64,000 nucleotides of DNA, from NCBI GenBank assembly GCA_026025075.1, contig JAPEUI010000039.1:1-64000 (forward strand). The letters run 5' to 3'. Every line of letters begins with the position of its first letter. Position 1 is the first letter of the stretch. Both the position numbers and the translations under genes were made by a program. The notes under the pieces are model-generated. The model did not search any database, was not told where the DNA came from, and worked only from the letters and a program-made list of their open reading frames with translations. Below, piece after piece: positions 1 to 11,896 of this stretch. This stretch comes from Vezdaea acicularis. Its lineage: Eukaryota.

Positions 1-303
1 GTTGTGTACCTTCGAGTGTGAAGCATCTAGCCATGGGGGAACCCCCGTTTCATGCGCCATCAATTTTGTCCAGGACCGTTGTGTACCTTCGAGTGTGAAG
101 CATCTAGCCATGGGGGAACCCCCGTTTCATGCGCCATCAATTTTGTCCAGGACCGTTGTGTACCTTCGAGTGTGAAGCATCTAGCCATGGGGGAACCCCC
201 GTTTAATGCGCCATCAATTTTGTCCAGGACCGTTGTGTGCCTTCGAGTGTGAAGCATTTAGCTATGGGGGAATCCCCGTTTCATGCGCCATCAATTTTGT
301 CCA
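1..303. repeat. Tandem repeat, 77-bp unit, about 4 copies visible (cut by window start)
   Basis: Unit GTTGTGTACCTTCGAG...GTCCAGGACC restarts at 1, 78, 155 and 232; the last copy has several C>T changes; each unit contains GGGGGAACCCCC. Confidence 0.95.
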
Positions 304-338
304 CAGCTTCGAGTAGATTTTAGATCTCTAGATAGATG

Positions 339-1317
339 TCAGGGGCTGGCGCCCTCAATATTATTGACAAGCTCCACCACCACCCCTTCGAATATAGGGG
401 CTAGAGCACAGCTCTTATATTTGCTTCGAAGTTCCCCTTTCTCTTTTGATCCATTCTGCCCATTCTCCTCAGCACCCAAGAACTTCGTCCCAGCCACTAT
501 GGTTCCTGCAGGATACACCGGTATCCTGCCTTCCTCTACCAACCTCCCCCACTGAGGATCGATAGGGACCGTTCCCAAAAAGGGGACCCCCGTCTCGTCC
601 GCCATCACCTTCCCTCCTCCTCCCCCAAAAATATTTGTACACTCACTACAATTCGGGCACACGAACCCGGTCATGTTTTCCAAGACGCCCAGAACATGGA
701 TCCCCGTCTTCACGCAGAAGTTGAGCTCCTTCCTCACATCCGCCGTCGCCACTGCCTGGGGCGTCGTCACCACTACCGCCCCCGCCAGCTGGCCTGGGCT
801 GCACGAAGTAAGCAGCGTCTCCGCCAGCGCAATATGCTCGTCACTAGTCCCCGGCGGCGTATCCACGATCAGATAATCCGTCTCGCCCCATAGCACATCC
901 GTCATGAACTGGCGTACCATCGCAGTTTTCTTCGGGCCACGCCACACCACTGCATCGCTCCTATCTCTGAGTAAAAACCCCAGGCTCATGCATCGCAGAC
1001 TGCCTATGCCATTCGAGGGGTCGGATTGATGTACAGAGATCGGTTGCCACCCGCCGGACGCTTGTGTCACTTTTGCGGATTCAAGACCTGTCAAGCGCGG
1101 AATGGAAGGGCCGGTGAGGTCGATATCCAGGATGCCGACAGAGTAGCCGGTCAGGGAGAGGGAGAGCGCTAGTTGGAGGGAGACGGAGGATTTGCCCACG
1201 CCACCTTTGCCTGAGAGGACCTGGTGGGGAATGAGTGGGACTCTGAGCGTTACCAAGGGCATATGACTTATCGATAGGACTTACTAGCACAATATGCTTT
1301 ACCTGGGAGAGAGACAT
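339..1317 (-). CDS. CFD1: Cytosolic Fe-S cluster assembly P-loop NTPase Cfd1 (Mrp/NBP35 family)
   Basis: Exon 1 [11 protein letters not shown] (1317-1285), GT-AG intron 1284-1221, exon 2 with SGKGGVGKS Walker [11 protein letters not shown] and CPNC; lacks the Nbp35 N-terminal Cys extension. Confidence 0.92.
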
Positions 1318-1738
1318 CGTCGTGAAAGTGGAGCCTTGGCTCTGGCATCAATACTGCTGATACCGCTGTGCATAAGTAACATGGTGCCTCTGCGCGGTAT
1401 ACGAAAAGATTGTTTTATGGGAGATTATCAATCAGTCACTTTTCTTCAGACATTAGTTAAGCGAGGAGTATCTTTCCATGGTTGTGACGACGACAAAGCC
1501 GCAATCGCATATTGACTGAGAAACTGGTCGAGGTCTAGAATTATTCTAATTAAAAAACCCATCACTTGTTCTATCATTTATATACATGTTATCATTAGCG
1601 CCTCGGCGAGCGTTTTTGACTTGCTCCGCATCATCCATCAAGATGTAGACGCCAAATGCATTTATCCTTCATAATATCCCGAAAGGCACCATTCCCTGCA
1701 CGGCAAGAATAATGGTTGGAAGGACTACTTCAAGGACC

Positions 1739-3106
1739 CTAAGTCCATTTCTGAACCACTTGGCCCCCTTTCCTGAGCTCCGCCAAATCTCCAAGTGCAG
1801 TATCTTTGTCGGAAAGCTCTTTACTTGGAAATGTCGTCATAAGAACCCAAGGTCTCTGCAAGCTAGCTGGACTTGAGGCATTTACGAAATTGTAGACATC
1901 TCCAATTGTATGTGAGGCGTTGAATCGACTAACCAGCCTTGTACCGTCACCCAGGCGGACCTGTATGGAGATGGTTGGCTGACTAGAATCAATGTCTACC
2001 ACCGTCGTCGGTGCAGCAGTCATTGAAGGCGCATCAGTAGATGGCGGGGAAGCTTGAGTCCGCGCTGGTTCCTCGTGTGTACCTGGTCCTGGTGTTGGGC
2101 TTCCTAGCCGCTGGCCACTGCCTTGAAAGGGTTTAAATTTCTTGGGTTGCGGCTTAAAGTCCTCGTCGTGTTTCTCAAGACTAACGTCCACTTGTTGATC
2201 TCGGTCAACATTCATGATGTGTAAAGGTGCACGCCCTTTGCTGATCATCTCTATTATTGCCTTGTTGTGTGGATCGTCAAAGGAGTATAGATCGCCGTCA
2301 TCAACCGAGAAACCGTTATTCCAGAGGTGAAGTGTTCGCTTTGCAGGAGGTTTCGGGCGGCGAACCCCAGCCTGCGGGTCGGGAACTACCTGACTTGGAG
2401 TATCTTCTCCACCTAGTGTTTGCCCGGAACCGGTGAAACGTGTAGTCGGCTCAACAGGATCGTCGCCCCCCGGCCTTGCTGCATTCCTAACTCCAAGTAA
2501 GCATTACGCCAAGAGCATTGCGCAAACAGGAAGGAACACCTTTTCGCCCGCGTGATAATCTTCTTGATATGGTCCTGTGGATTTCCCGGGTTCTTCACAG
2601 CCAATCCCGACTTCTCCCCACCAGCAAAAAGGTCTTGGTCCTCTTTGTCGTCATAATCCTCTTCGTTATCATCGCCACTACCATTTCCATGATCGTGTCC
2701 GCTATGCGTGTCGCGTTGGCTCAGATCACCCAAGGTCGCAAACTTCTTAGCCGGCTTGTTAAGGGCAGTAGCTGATGACGGCGGTGGAATACTGGAGGTC
2801 GTGGGAATGGCGGATGGAGGTGCAGGCCCACCGCCGAGAGTCCTTCCAGGCCGTGGCAACTCGTTACTTTCCTCTGCCTCGGGTCCCTGAGATCCCTCAT
2901 CTTGTGAGGCGTAATATGAAGCTACGGCGAGATCCAAATTCCATTCTGTTGCATCCAGGTGAGCTTGAGCCTGTGATCATTAGCAGTCTGTTTTGGTGGA
3001 CTTCGGTGCAGGGTTCATGCTGTCAGCTCACTTCCTGTGGGGCTGCTCCAGTGAAGTTACAAAACTGAGATATCAAAGCGTCTTGGCTGACAGCTGGGTT
3101 ATCCAT
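1739..3106 (-). CDS. SHP1: UBX/SEP domain Cdc48 cofactor (p47/Shp1)
   Basis: ATG 3106 MDNPAVSQDALISQFCNFTGA (UBA-like), FAGGEKSGLAV, LHLWNNGFSVDDG (SEP), C-terminal UBX with IQVRLGDG and TTFPSK; multi-exon. Confidence 0.9.
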
Positions 3107-4383
3107 CCCTTCCGAGCTACAGCTTGGCTTCCTTCACTAGATTTAGTTATGGGCTTTCTAAAAGAATAAAGCTCTGGTACTCTGCAAGGGTTGAAGAATG
3201 AAGCTGCAAGAAAAGGTCTTCGCGCCTTTAGCTAAGAAGTGGTGTGCCGGCCCCGAAATTCCGATGGATATGACGAAAAGAAAGCTGCGGCCTAGCGAGC
3301 AAGGGCCCTGTGGAGCTCTAGTAAGGGTCGCTAAGGTTGGGGGAGTTACACAATGTTTGAAAACTTTCCAAACAGTACGAGCTAGCCTGAAGGTGCCAGG
3401 ATTGCTTAGACTACTTGCACAGAAGCTGTCAACTAACAAAAGAGCTCAATAAGCACTGCGGGTTACGCTGGCGCTACTCTAGACAAGGTAGCTGATATAT
3501 CATATGAAGGGAGGAAGGAGGGAAATATTATACATGTAGAGGACCATGCTTCAGAAGCAGATCTAGTATAACATAATCACAATATTCCTCCTTGTCCTTC
3601 ATTGTTATCGCTTGCATCTTTTTGATTGTTGGATATATCGATTATTTGATAATTAATAATTAATATTTTAGTATTTTAATAATTTAAATACAAGATATTC
3701 AAATTGAAGATATTAAAAATAAATTTAAAAGCTTTAAAGTATCTTTCATGAGAAGAATTGCCAAAGAAAAATGTCGAAGGTAAAAAATAAGACGTCATAT
3801 CTTGGACTTTTCCAATTAAATCAAAAATACATATATTTAATTGATCCAATCTACCCAGTTTTGACAATTGTCTTTCGTTGACTTTATAGGTTTTGCTACG
3901 GCACATGGACCCTCAAATTAAGGCAATTCTCATCACATGCAAATAGCCAAAACAAGGTTGCCCTGCTCAGAATGTTCCTCTCTATGAGGGAATCAATGGG
4001 GAAAGAACCAAAAGAACTCAAGTTGTTTATTTAAGAAGCATAGAACGCATCGAAGTGTACTCACAGTCTACGGGAGGAGAGTTCCGGGAATCCAGGTCAA
4101 TTTTGGTAAGTGACAAGCACCTTTTCTGCGTGAAGCGAGACTTGTCGACTACAGCTTCAGTTTTATCACTCAACTGTAACAATACAAATCGTTGGTGAAA
4201 CGGCTCGGCAATATCAAAGTCTTTTGTACTCTATGACAATAAAATCTTGGGTCCAATCCTGTCGCGCCATTGCCTGTTCTGGTCGGCACATCTGCCATTC
4301 CACCGATTAACGAAAGCTGGGCAGACCAATTTCCTGGTTCGCATTGAACGCGCTTTTTCTACATCCTCTTAGGCCTCTCTACA

Positions 4384-4872
4384 ATGACAGATCGGACTCG
4401 CAGCGCACGTAATAATCTATCCGACTCTGCAGTCACTATCCCCTCAGACAGCGAGTCATATTCAGCGCATCATGACTTGTCCCCATCGCCGCCACCGTCA
4501 ACTTCGAGCTCGCCTTTGATTCTCTACTCTCCGCCAACGCCATGGGGCTTACTCCGTGGTGCTGCAATCAATCTCTTACTTCCTTTCATTAATGGCTTGA
4601 TGCTCGGCTTTGGAGAACTGTTTGCACATGAGGCAGCGTTTAGGCTGGGATGGGGTGGTACAAAAGTCAGTAAAAATTATCACACCGTGCGGATTATATC
4701 TGTTGTGATCATCTGTAGGAGGGTTCTGTTCGAGGCTAACGATCCATTGCAGGTTTTTCCGAATCATCGAACTGCTAGATCTGCTGGACCGGGAGTTGAA
4801 ATTCGAGGGAACATATCGGAGAGGAGGCGGCAGACTGAAACCAACTTGGATGATCTGACTAGTCTTGAGTAA
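4384..4872 (+). CDS. MIM1: Mitochondrial outer membrane import protein Mim1/Tom13
   Basis: AAINLLLPFINGLMLGFGELFAHE motif; 87-nt intron 4666-4752 (GTCAGT...GCTAAC...CAG). Confidence 0.9.
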   Translation: MTDRTRSARNNLSDSAVTIPSDSESYSAHHDLSPSPPPSTSSSPLILYSPPTPWGLLRGAAINLLLPFINGLMLGFGELFAHEAAFRLGWGGTKVSKNYHTVRIISVVIICRRVLFEANDPLQVFPNHRTARSAGPGVEIRGNISERRRQTETNLDDLTSLE

Positions 4873-5310
4873 CGGCGCAAAACTTGAGAGTTGCACGTGT
4901 GACCAACTGGCTCCAATGAGCCCTAATATTAACATAAGCTGGCAGATGTTCGCATGAGCCTCCCGTGAAATTCAGCGCAGACAATTTTGTGTTTTCTGTG
5001 ACTAGGAATGGGGTTTAAGCTGCTCGGAACTTGTTTTACTACCATTCCGTACAGTTATCTAATCTCTCAGACAGCTAGGATATACATTGCTCTTGATTGT
5101 ACGGTGCCAAGTCCTAGCCCTTACATAGAATCCCAGCTCCAAGGGTGTCTTTAATTACTTACACTACTGAGCTCAGAGCATAGCGAGGTCATTGAAACTT
5201 TGATGCGGAGGTCTTGCGCGTCTATCATAAGCGCTAGAAGCGCCTAAGGTTTACGGGGACCTGCTCGCTTTCGGAATTTGGACGTAACCTCTCTTGAAAC
5301 CCACTCCGTA

Positions 5311-6685
5311 ATGATCGTCAGCAAAGGGCCCTTGGTTGCGCAGCACTTATTTCGCCCACCTAGAAATGAGCTTTTAGGTCGAAGGCTTGGCTTAGCTAAG
5401 GTTAGGAGCGCTCCGTATTCCTCAACTGTGCGATGTGGCTATACTAACGGCTTCGGCAAAAGTTCTCAACCTCGAGGGTCCCAATAAATGCCCCTAAATT
5501 CCGCTCTCACCATCGGACAGGATGTTTAGTACAACCGATTTGCTGGCGGCCACAGACACCTGCTTCAGTCGATCTCCAGCTACGTTACAGTTCTTCTATC
5601 TCAAATACTGCAACCTCCCCAACCGTCATATCAGACAACTTCGCGACAACTCCTTTTGAAGACGCTGCAACCCTTACTGCAGCCGACATTACCTCTTTGC
5701 CCGAGCGAATTGGGTACTTGAAAGAGCTCGGACTAGACTATGGCTGGGGACCGACCTCGATGATACAATGGCTCCTAGAGCATGTGCATATCTGGACTGG
5801 CATGCCCTGGTGGGCGTCTATCCTTGTTACGGTTACTCTTCTTCGAGCTGGAACTTTTAAGTTCACCATCGATGCGGCAGACAATGGCTCGCGGGTCCAA
5901 GCCTTGAAACATGTGATACAGCCAATCCGAGAGCGAATGTCGGCAGCTTCGAAGTCCGGCGACAGAGATGTAGCTATGCAGGCTCGGGCTGAGCTTCAGA
6001 ACATTCATACACGAGCCGGAATATCAACGTGGAAGTCTTTTCTTCCTCTAATAAACGTTCCGATTGGTTTTGGTTGTTTTCGTCTAATGCGAGGAATGGC
6101 CACTCTACCTGTGCCAGGCCTAGAGACTGGAGGCTTTCTCTGGGTCACCGACCTGACTTATGGGGACCCAACATACATTCTACCGGTAGTAAATGGCTTA
6201 CTACTATTTGTCACAAGCAAGGTATGTTTCGGATCAAAAGCTTCTTGACCAGATTGTCAATATGCCTAAACATGACTAACACTCCAGTCTCGTAGGTGGC
6301 CTTCAGCCAGGCTGGGGGAAACATACACCCTTCTCTCGAGAAATTCATGGTTTACGGCCTTCCAGGAGTGACGACGCTGATCAGCCTACAGTGGGCAGCT
6401 TGTTTACAATTATCTATGATTGCGCTTGCATTTTGGACATCCTTGTTCAGTGGTCTTCTGCGCTCGAATCGCTTCAGAAAGTGGGTCGGGATCGTGCCAG
6501 CTGTGATGCCAGAGCACACAGCTGGAAAGAATAAGGGATGGGTTGACCAAATGAAAGACGGTTATCAGGTCGCAAAAAACAAAGCCAAAGCGAGCCAAAA
6601 TTCTCGCGGAAAACAGGCGGAACTTTACGAAGAGAGGCGGAGGAGAGAGATCGAGGCTGAGTTTGAAAGAAAGCGAAGACGGTGA
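5311..6685 (+). CDS. OXA1: Mitochondrial inner membrane insertase Oxa1 (YidC/Oxa1 family)
   Basis: IGYLKELGLDYGWGPTSMIQWLLEHVHIWTGMPWWASI and GGFLWVTDLTYGDP; introns 5401-5462 and 6222-6295; basic C-terminal tail. Confidence 0.88.
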
Positions 6686-7230
6686 GATCAGGGATGCCAG
6701 GCATTTTCGTGTAGAGACAAAGAATCCTGGCTCAGCATATGAAGCCGGTAATGTTGATAGTCATAGTTGGTGTTCTAGAACTAATTGGACGTCGGCTGTT
6801 GAGATCAAATCAAATTGACAAAAGTGATGAGACGTGGGGCGTGAGGAAACATTTCGGTTTGCTTATGCGAACAGTAAACTCCCGTTCTTGGTCGGTACCA
6901 ATAAATCTTCAAGCGGCTACTATAGACGCTGATCGGCGGTCCATCTGTCTAGTTGATCTTTGACCCGGCACTTTGGCCGAACTCGCGAAACCGCATTGAC
7001 GCCTCGCCTCGTCCGGGCCACTCTAACCAAGACGAAGCCGGTCAACATCGTTCGAACATACAGCCACTTCTTAGAAGCACCGACATTTTTGATTCCAGCG
7101 CCACTAAGCGCGGTTTCCTATTTACTGTGACGACTTGCAAATCTTGATCAAATCTATGTCCCAATCTTAGTGCAGAATCTATCAGCTCAGCTTGTGCAAT
7201 CCGTCGGTTCAAGAATCTCCCCTCTCGGTC

Positions 7231-8213
7231 ATGTCTTCCCCCCCAAATCTTGCAACCTCACCAACCTACCCCTCACCCGCCAACCTCCCAAACAAGAAGC
7301 GCCCCTCCACAACTTCGAACCCTACACCGCAAAAGCGCCGCAAAGCTTCAACCGCCACAAGCGCATCAGGCCTGCACCCTCTCCGCCAAACTTCCTTTCC
7401 CCCCGAAGAGTTCCCCCGGAACCCTCAGCGATCTCCCAGCGTGGAGAGCTCGGTTGGCGGTGGCAATTCTGTGCGTGAGCGGGGTAGACGCTCTGATGGG
7501 CGAAGCGTGCTGAGTGGAAGCATAAGGGCTGGGAGGGGCGGGGCTGGTGGACAATCAAAGAGTTTTCCAGGGCACGGTAATCCGGAAGAGGAGGAGGAGG
7601 ATGATGATGATGCAGACGAAGACATGGGACTGCTAGCGGCAGGGCAGGGGCCGGACGGAGAGGCAGAGAAAGAGAGGGAGAGGTATGAGAGATATCTGAT
7701 GAGGTGCAAGAGCCACTTTGGGGATATAAGCTAATGAGTCCAATGGCAGGATTCTTTTGAACCACTTTTCGGAAGAGCAGAACGCGCGGTACGAGATGTT
7801 CATGCGGGCGAAGCCACAGCCTTCGAAGGTCAAAACAGTACGCCGCTTCTTCTTCCGCGCTGCTTGCTCTCCCATACATCCCTACTTACTCTCTATAGAT
7901 CGCAAACAAGGTCCTGAACCAATCTGTTCCCAACAGCGTCATGACGACCATCACTGGTATCACAAAATCATATGCAGGCAGTATCATCGAAAAAGCGCGA
8001 GAAGTTCAGCTGGAGTGGCTTAGGGCTGCCGCACCTGAGGATCGCATCGGCCATGAAGATAATCCAGGTCCATTATTGCCCGACCACCTGCGAGAAGCAG
8101 CAAGGCGGCACAGGAAAGATGGTGAGGGAGGTACTTCCACGGTCAAAGGCATGGGGAGAGTCGGGGTTGAGCCACTAGTATCAAGAAGTGGGCAGAAGAG
8201 ACTTTTCAGATGA
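7231..8213 (+). CDS. TAF11: TFIID subunit 11 (TAFII28 histone fold)
   Basis: HPLRQTSFPP motif, acidic run, FSEEQNARYEMF, IIEKAREVQ and GPLLPDHLREA; multi-exon. Confidence 0.85.
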
Positions 8214-8678
8214 TTGTGGGAAATGAGGCACAGCGTAGAAATCGATGAGATAGCTTTGTTAGTATATGGTCGTGAGAACGAGGTCGTGAATTAAACAACT
8301 ATGGGTGGTAGGCTTCTGTATTAATCAAGGAGCTCAAAGACTCCGATGATCGAAGGTCATTGTGTATGAAGAGGAGCGCATCCGAGCCTTTTAGGCTTGA
8401 ACTCAAAGAGTTCTTATATCAAAGCCATCTCCACAGGCAAGACATGGCTGGCATACACATACAAAGGAAGCTATGAAAAATATTGCCAAACCCCAGCGAA
8501 TTATCGTCCAAGGAATACAAATCATGGCTCAGTGATTCAATCGTTCTATACTTGGGGAAAGCTTCAGAGGCAATCTAGCACCAAAAACTAAAGCATAAGA
8601 AATACTGGGTCTTAATGAGTGTTCTCTGGAAAGCTAACGGCATTTCGATTCAAAAGCACCAAACGCGAATCTGTTTGA

Positions 8679-10369
8679 TCAGATATAGTGCTCTCCAAGG
8701 CGCGGAGCCCCCCCTTTCCAATCGTTGCGTTCATAATAGCGGAAAACAAGGTCATATCCATCAAGATCGTGCACAATGCGGTCGATTCGGCGATATCCAG
8801 CTAGGTGCTCCATGCGTGCGCTCCGCTTTGCAGCACTTAATTGTAAGGTTTGCTCTTTTTTCTGCCAGCTACTGCTGGGTTTCGCTTGTCCGTTGGTTGC
8901 CTGAATACCTTTCGCTTCAAAGAGAGTAACACTGAATCTTCCTGGCCGAAAGATCTTCACAACCTGCTCAACCACTTCAGCAGTCTCTGTTCCACTCTGA
9001 CGGCCCGGGACGTTCGTTTCAAAGGAAGCGAACGAGCAGTGGGGCTCAGGGGTGACGTGTACAGTGAAGTAGTGCGTGGGGCTGGTTTCTTTAGTACCAG
9101 GGGGAGCCGGGATGACGCCGTTGGCAGAAAACCCGCATGGCGTAAAAAGATACGCATCCACACGGGCGTCAGGGTAACGGGACTTCGGATACACGTCAGA
9201 AAGGCCGCAAGAATCTGACACAACGGTCCCTAAGCCATGACCCTCCGTAGAAAATTCCTTAGGCAGATACTCCTCGTCATCCGAAGAACCAAGCTCGCTG
9301 TTTTCGGAAGAAGTGTTGCTGAATACATCGATCTCTCCTTTGTAGTTGCCACACACACCTTTCTTGCCATTTGCCTTAAGTGTTAGGCCATCAATTCCTC
9401 CTTCTCTCATGGTTAGTAGTCCACCAGGGTACACAAAGCGAGCTGGACGACTCTTTTCGGCAAACCAACCCTCCGCGACCGCACTCGCGTTCTCCAGATA
9501 GAACTGTTTTGCATTCTCTGGATCAAGGTCGGTCATCAAAATTTCAAGCGTCTCGTCTTGGGCATCGTCAATCCCTAGCTCCGTAGCCACAGTGTTATTC
9601 ATGATGGGAACTTCAAGCAGCTTTGTCCGTGTCTCAAGTTCTTCGCTTTTGTCAAGTACAGGAGAAGCCGGTGGGGTGAGCGCAGTCCCTGGACCAGTCA
9701 AATACAAATACCAATGTTCCCCATTCATCTTTCCAACCATGTAAGCACTCCCACCAATGAAGTGCCTGTCCAAGTATCTGACTTCATCCCTCCAACTACG
9801 GTGCGGGCCATGTTGCTTCTCCGGATGCAGAAAGTTTTTCCTGCTATAGAAAACTCTATAGGGAATTGCTGCAGTTGCCGTTCCTTTCAGTGGATCGCCT
9901 TTACGATGTGGGAACCCTGCCGAAAGTGCTGCGATTTCTAGCATCCGAGGCACTCCAGACAGAAGCGTCGTAGTGCCACAAGTCTTCAAGATTAGCTTAT
10001 GCGGGAAGACAAACATGCTTGATTCGGAGAGCAAATAAGCGTCGACATGGTCAGACTCGACCACAGACAACACTCTGCAATTGACTATATCCAGCATCTC
10101 CTTCCAAACGCCAGCTGGCACAACCTTCAGCCCTAGTGGAGCCACAGAGCTATCAAGGCTTTTGGGGGAAGCATTGAACCATATTTCAAGAAGCTTCTCA
10201 GGACCTTGAATAATGTGAGTCGAGAGCTTAGAGGACCTAAACTATATGACATACCTTCAAAGGCATTGCTAGAGTCAAGGTCAATCAAAGCCTCACGATT
10301 GATCGTCAGATGAGGGGTTCCGTCGGATGGCGAAAAAGTATAATTCCTTGGAATGTCGATATTGACCAT
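8679..10369 (-). CDS. SPE2: S-adenosylmethionine decarboxylase proenzyme
   Basis: AFEG|PEKLLEIWF across intron 10254-10205; YLLSESSMFV self-cleavage site, LKTCGTT, PCGFSAN, HVTPE. Confidence 0.95.
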
Positions 10370-11137
10370 CTCCGTGCTCTGGTCTGAGGTTGATGACAGG
10401 TTGATTGATGTATGGCTTTTGGTGAATCCTCGCGACGTTTCAATTTCCTTGGGAGGGGCGCTGAGACTCAATCTGCCACCCAGACGAACGGTGCGGTGTT
10501 CGCCTGAGAAGAGATGGCCCACAGCTAGGGCGGAGAGTTGGTTTGCTAGGAACACCAGCAGTGACTGTGATATGAGCTATTTGCCTCACTGGGCGTTAAG
10601 GAGGTCGAGCGGATGAAAGGATGAAAATGATCTTTTCTAGAGCAATGATGGTCTTTTTAAGTCCTCGAACTGGAAGATACCGATACCTTAGCAAAGTACC
10701 GGGTCTAGCAGACGAGGATATCTGCTCCTATAGAGAGTGGGTTCAGCTGTGTGTGGGAGTAGAGGGTGTTATCTAGGTCTTCAGAGGAGCCCAGTCAGCC
10801 TTTCATCATGTGGAATGGTAACAGAAACTTTAAGAGCTTCGAGACAGCTTGTTATGCAAGTTGTAAAAAACGTAGTGTGTCATGTCGTTGAAAGGGCATA
10901 AGCCCCAACTCGACAACTGCATTGTAAAAGAAGCAAGCAAACACGAGGCTACGCACTTTGCAGGCTTAGAGAGGAATCGTAGTAGGTCCTTGCGGCTCAT
11001 GAAGACCAGAGTTGGGGTCCTGTGTATTCAAGAAGCGGCCAGCTGGGACCTTTTAAATTTTGGGTAGGTAGGAGACGGCTTAGACAACAGCCAGTTGGGC
11101 GTTCTGTAAAGGAGCCGACAAGCTGTAGGCCCGGGTA

Positions 11138-11422
11138 CTAGGATGGTGCTCTTTGGTTGCTGAAGGCCTCAAAAAGTAATAACTCTCTCCAGTGTTGAGC
11201 GTCGGTGGCAACTGGGTCGTGTTCAAAATGCGGTGGATCAGCAAGGCGCCCGTCGCTGGTAGCGAGACTTGGACACGGCCTGGCGGGCTGCAGTCGATGT
11301 TGAGATGCTCGTGAAAATACGGCTGAACCCTCCAGGAAAGTAATTGAAAGCTCTGGCAGGGTGTAAGTGTTATGTCGTGGGAAGTTATACGAAGACTGGT
11401 GACGATCGTCAAACAAGCACAC
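11138..11422 (-). promoter_or_regulatory. Candidate non-AUG upstream ORF (94 codons, ends ...NQRAPS*) in the putative SPE2 5' leader
   Basis: Open frame on the SPE2 strand, GTG/CTG/ATT near-cognate starts only, Pro-Ser-stop end; no ATG on this strand from 11491 to 11001. Confidence 0.55.
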
Positions 11423-11896
11423 GGCCAGCCAGGTTCTTCAGGAAAAATTTGCGACTTTTTTTCTACGAGGGCTTCGGCTCTGGCCGGGGCGCATGGTGGT
11501 GAGGCCAAAGCGCAAAGCTGCTTCATTGCACGCTTATGCGAAAACAGCTCATCAACTCAATCTGGAACCCTACTTGCTCATCCACAGAGCATAGTGTATG
11601 GGTCGGCTGCACAGAGACGTAAGACAAGAATTAATATCTCTACCTCTCTTGCGACTGCAGGTACCGTACCCTCCAGGGTTCTCTCGTTGCAGCTTCCAAT
11701 GCTATATCCATGCTCAATCGCCTCAAGACCCCCCCCCCCCTTCTTCTTAGCTTTTTAAAGAGAGGTAGAGGCAGATGTCCCTGGGCTCAGCATAATGCTC
11801 AATTGAGAATACCGTCAGAGAAAACAATGTCCACTTCCTCTACGCAGAGCTTGTTCTGATCTCATGGCGAACTATCGATTGATGACTAAAATTATT

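Noticed and set aside
1..303. CRISPR-like array
   Set aside because: Units are contiguous with no variable spacers, and the context is eukaryotic.
3158..3452. Overlapping 84-93 aa ORFs upstream of SHP1
   Set aside because: No motifs; lie in the promoter region and are likely chance ORFs, like most short antisense ORFs in the track.
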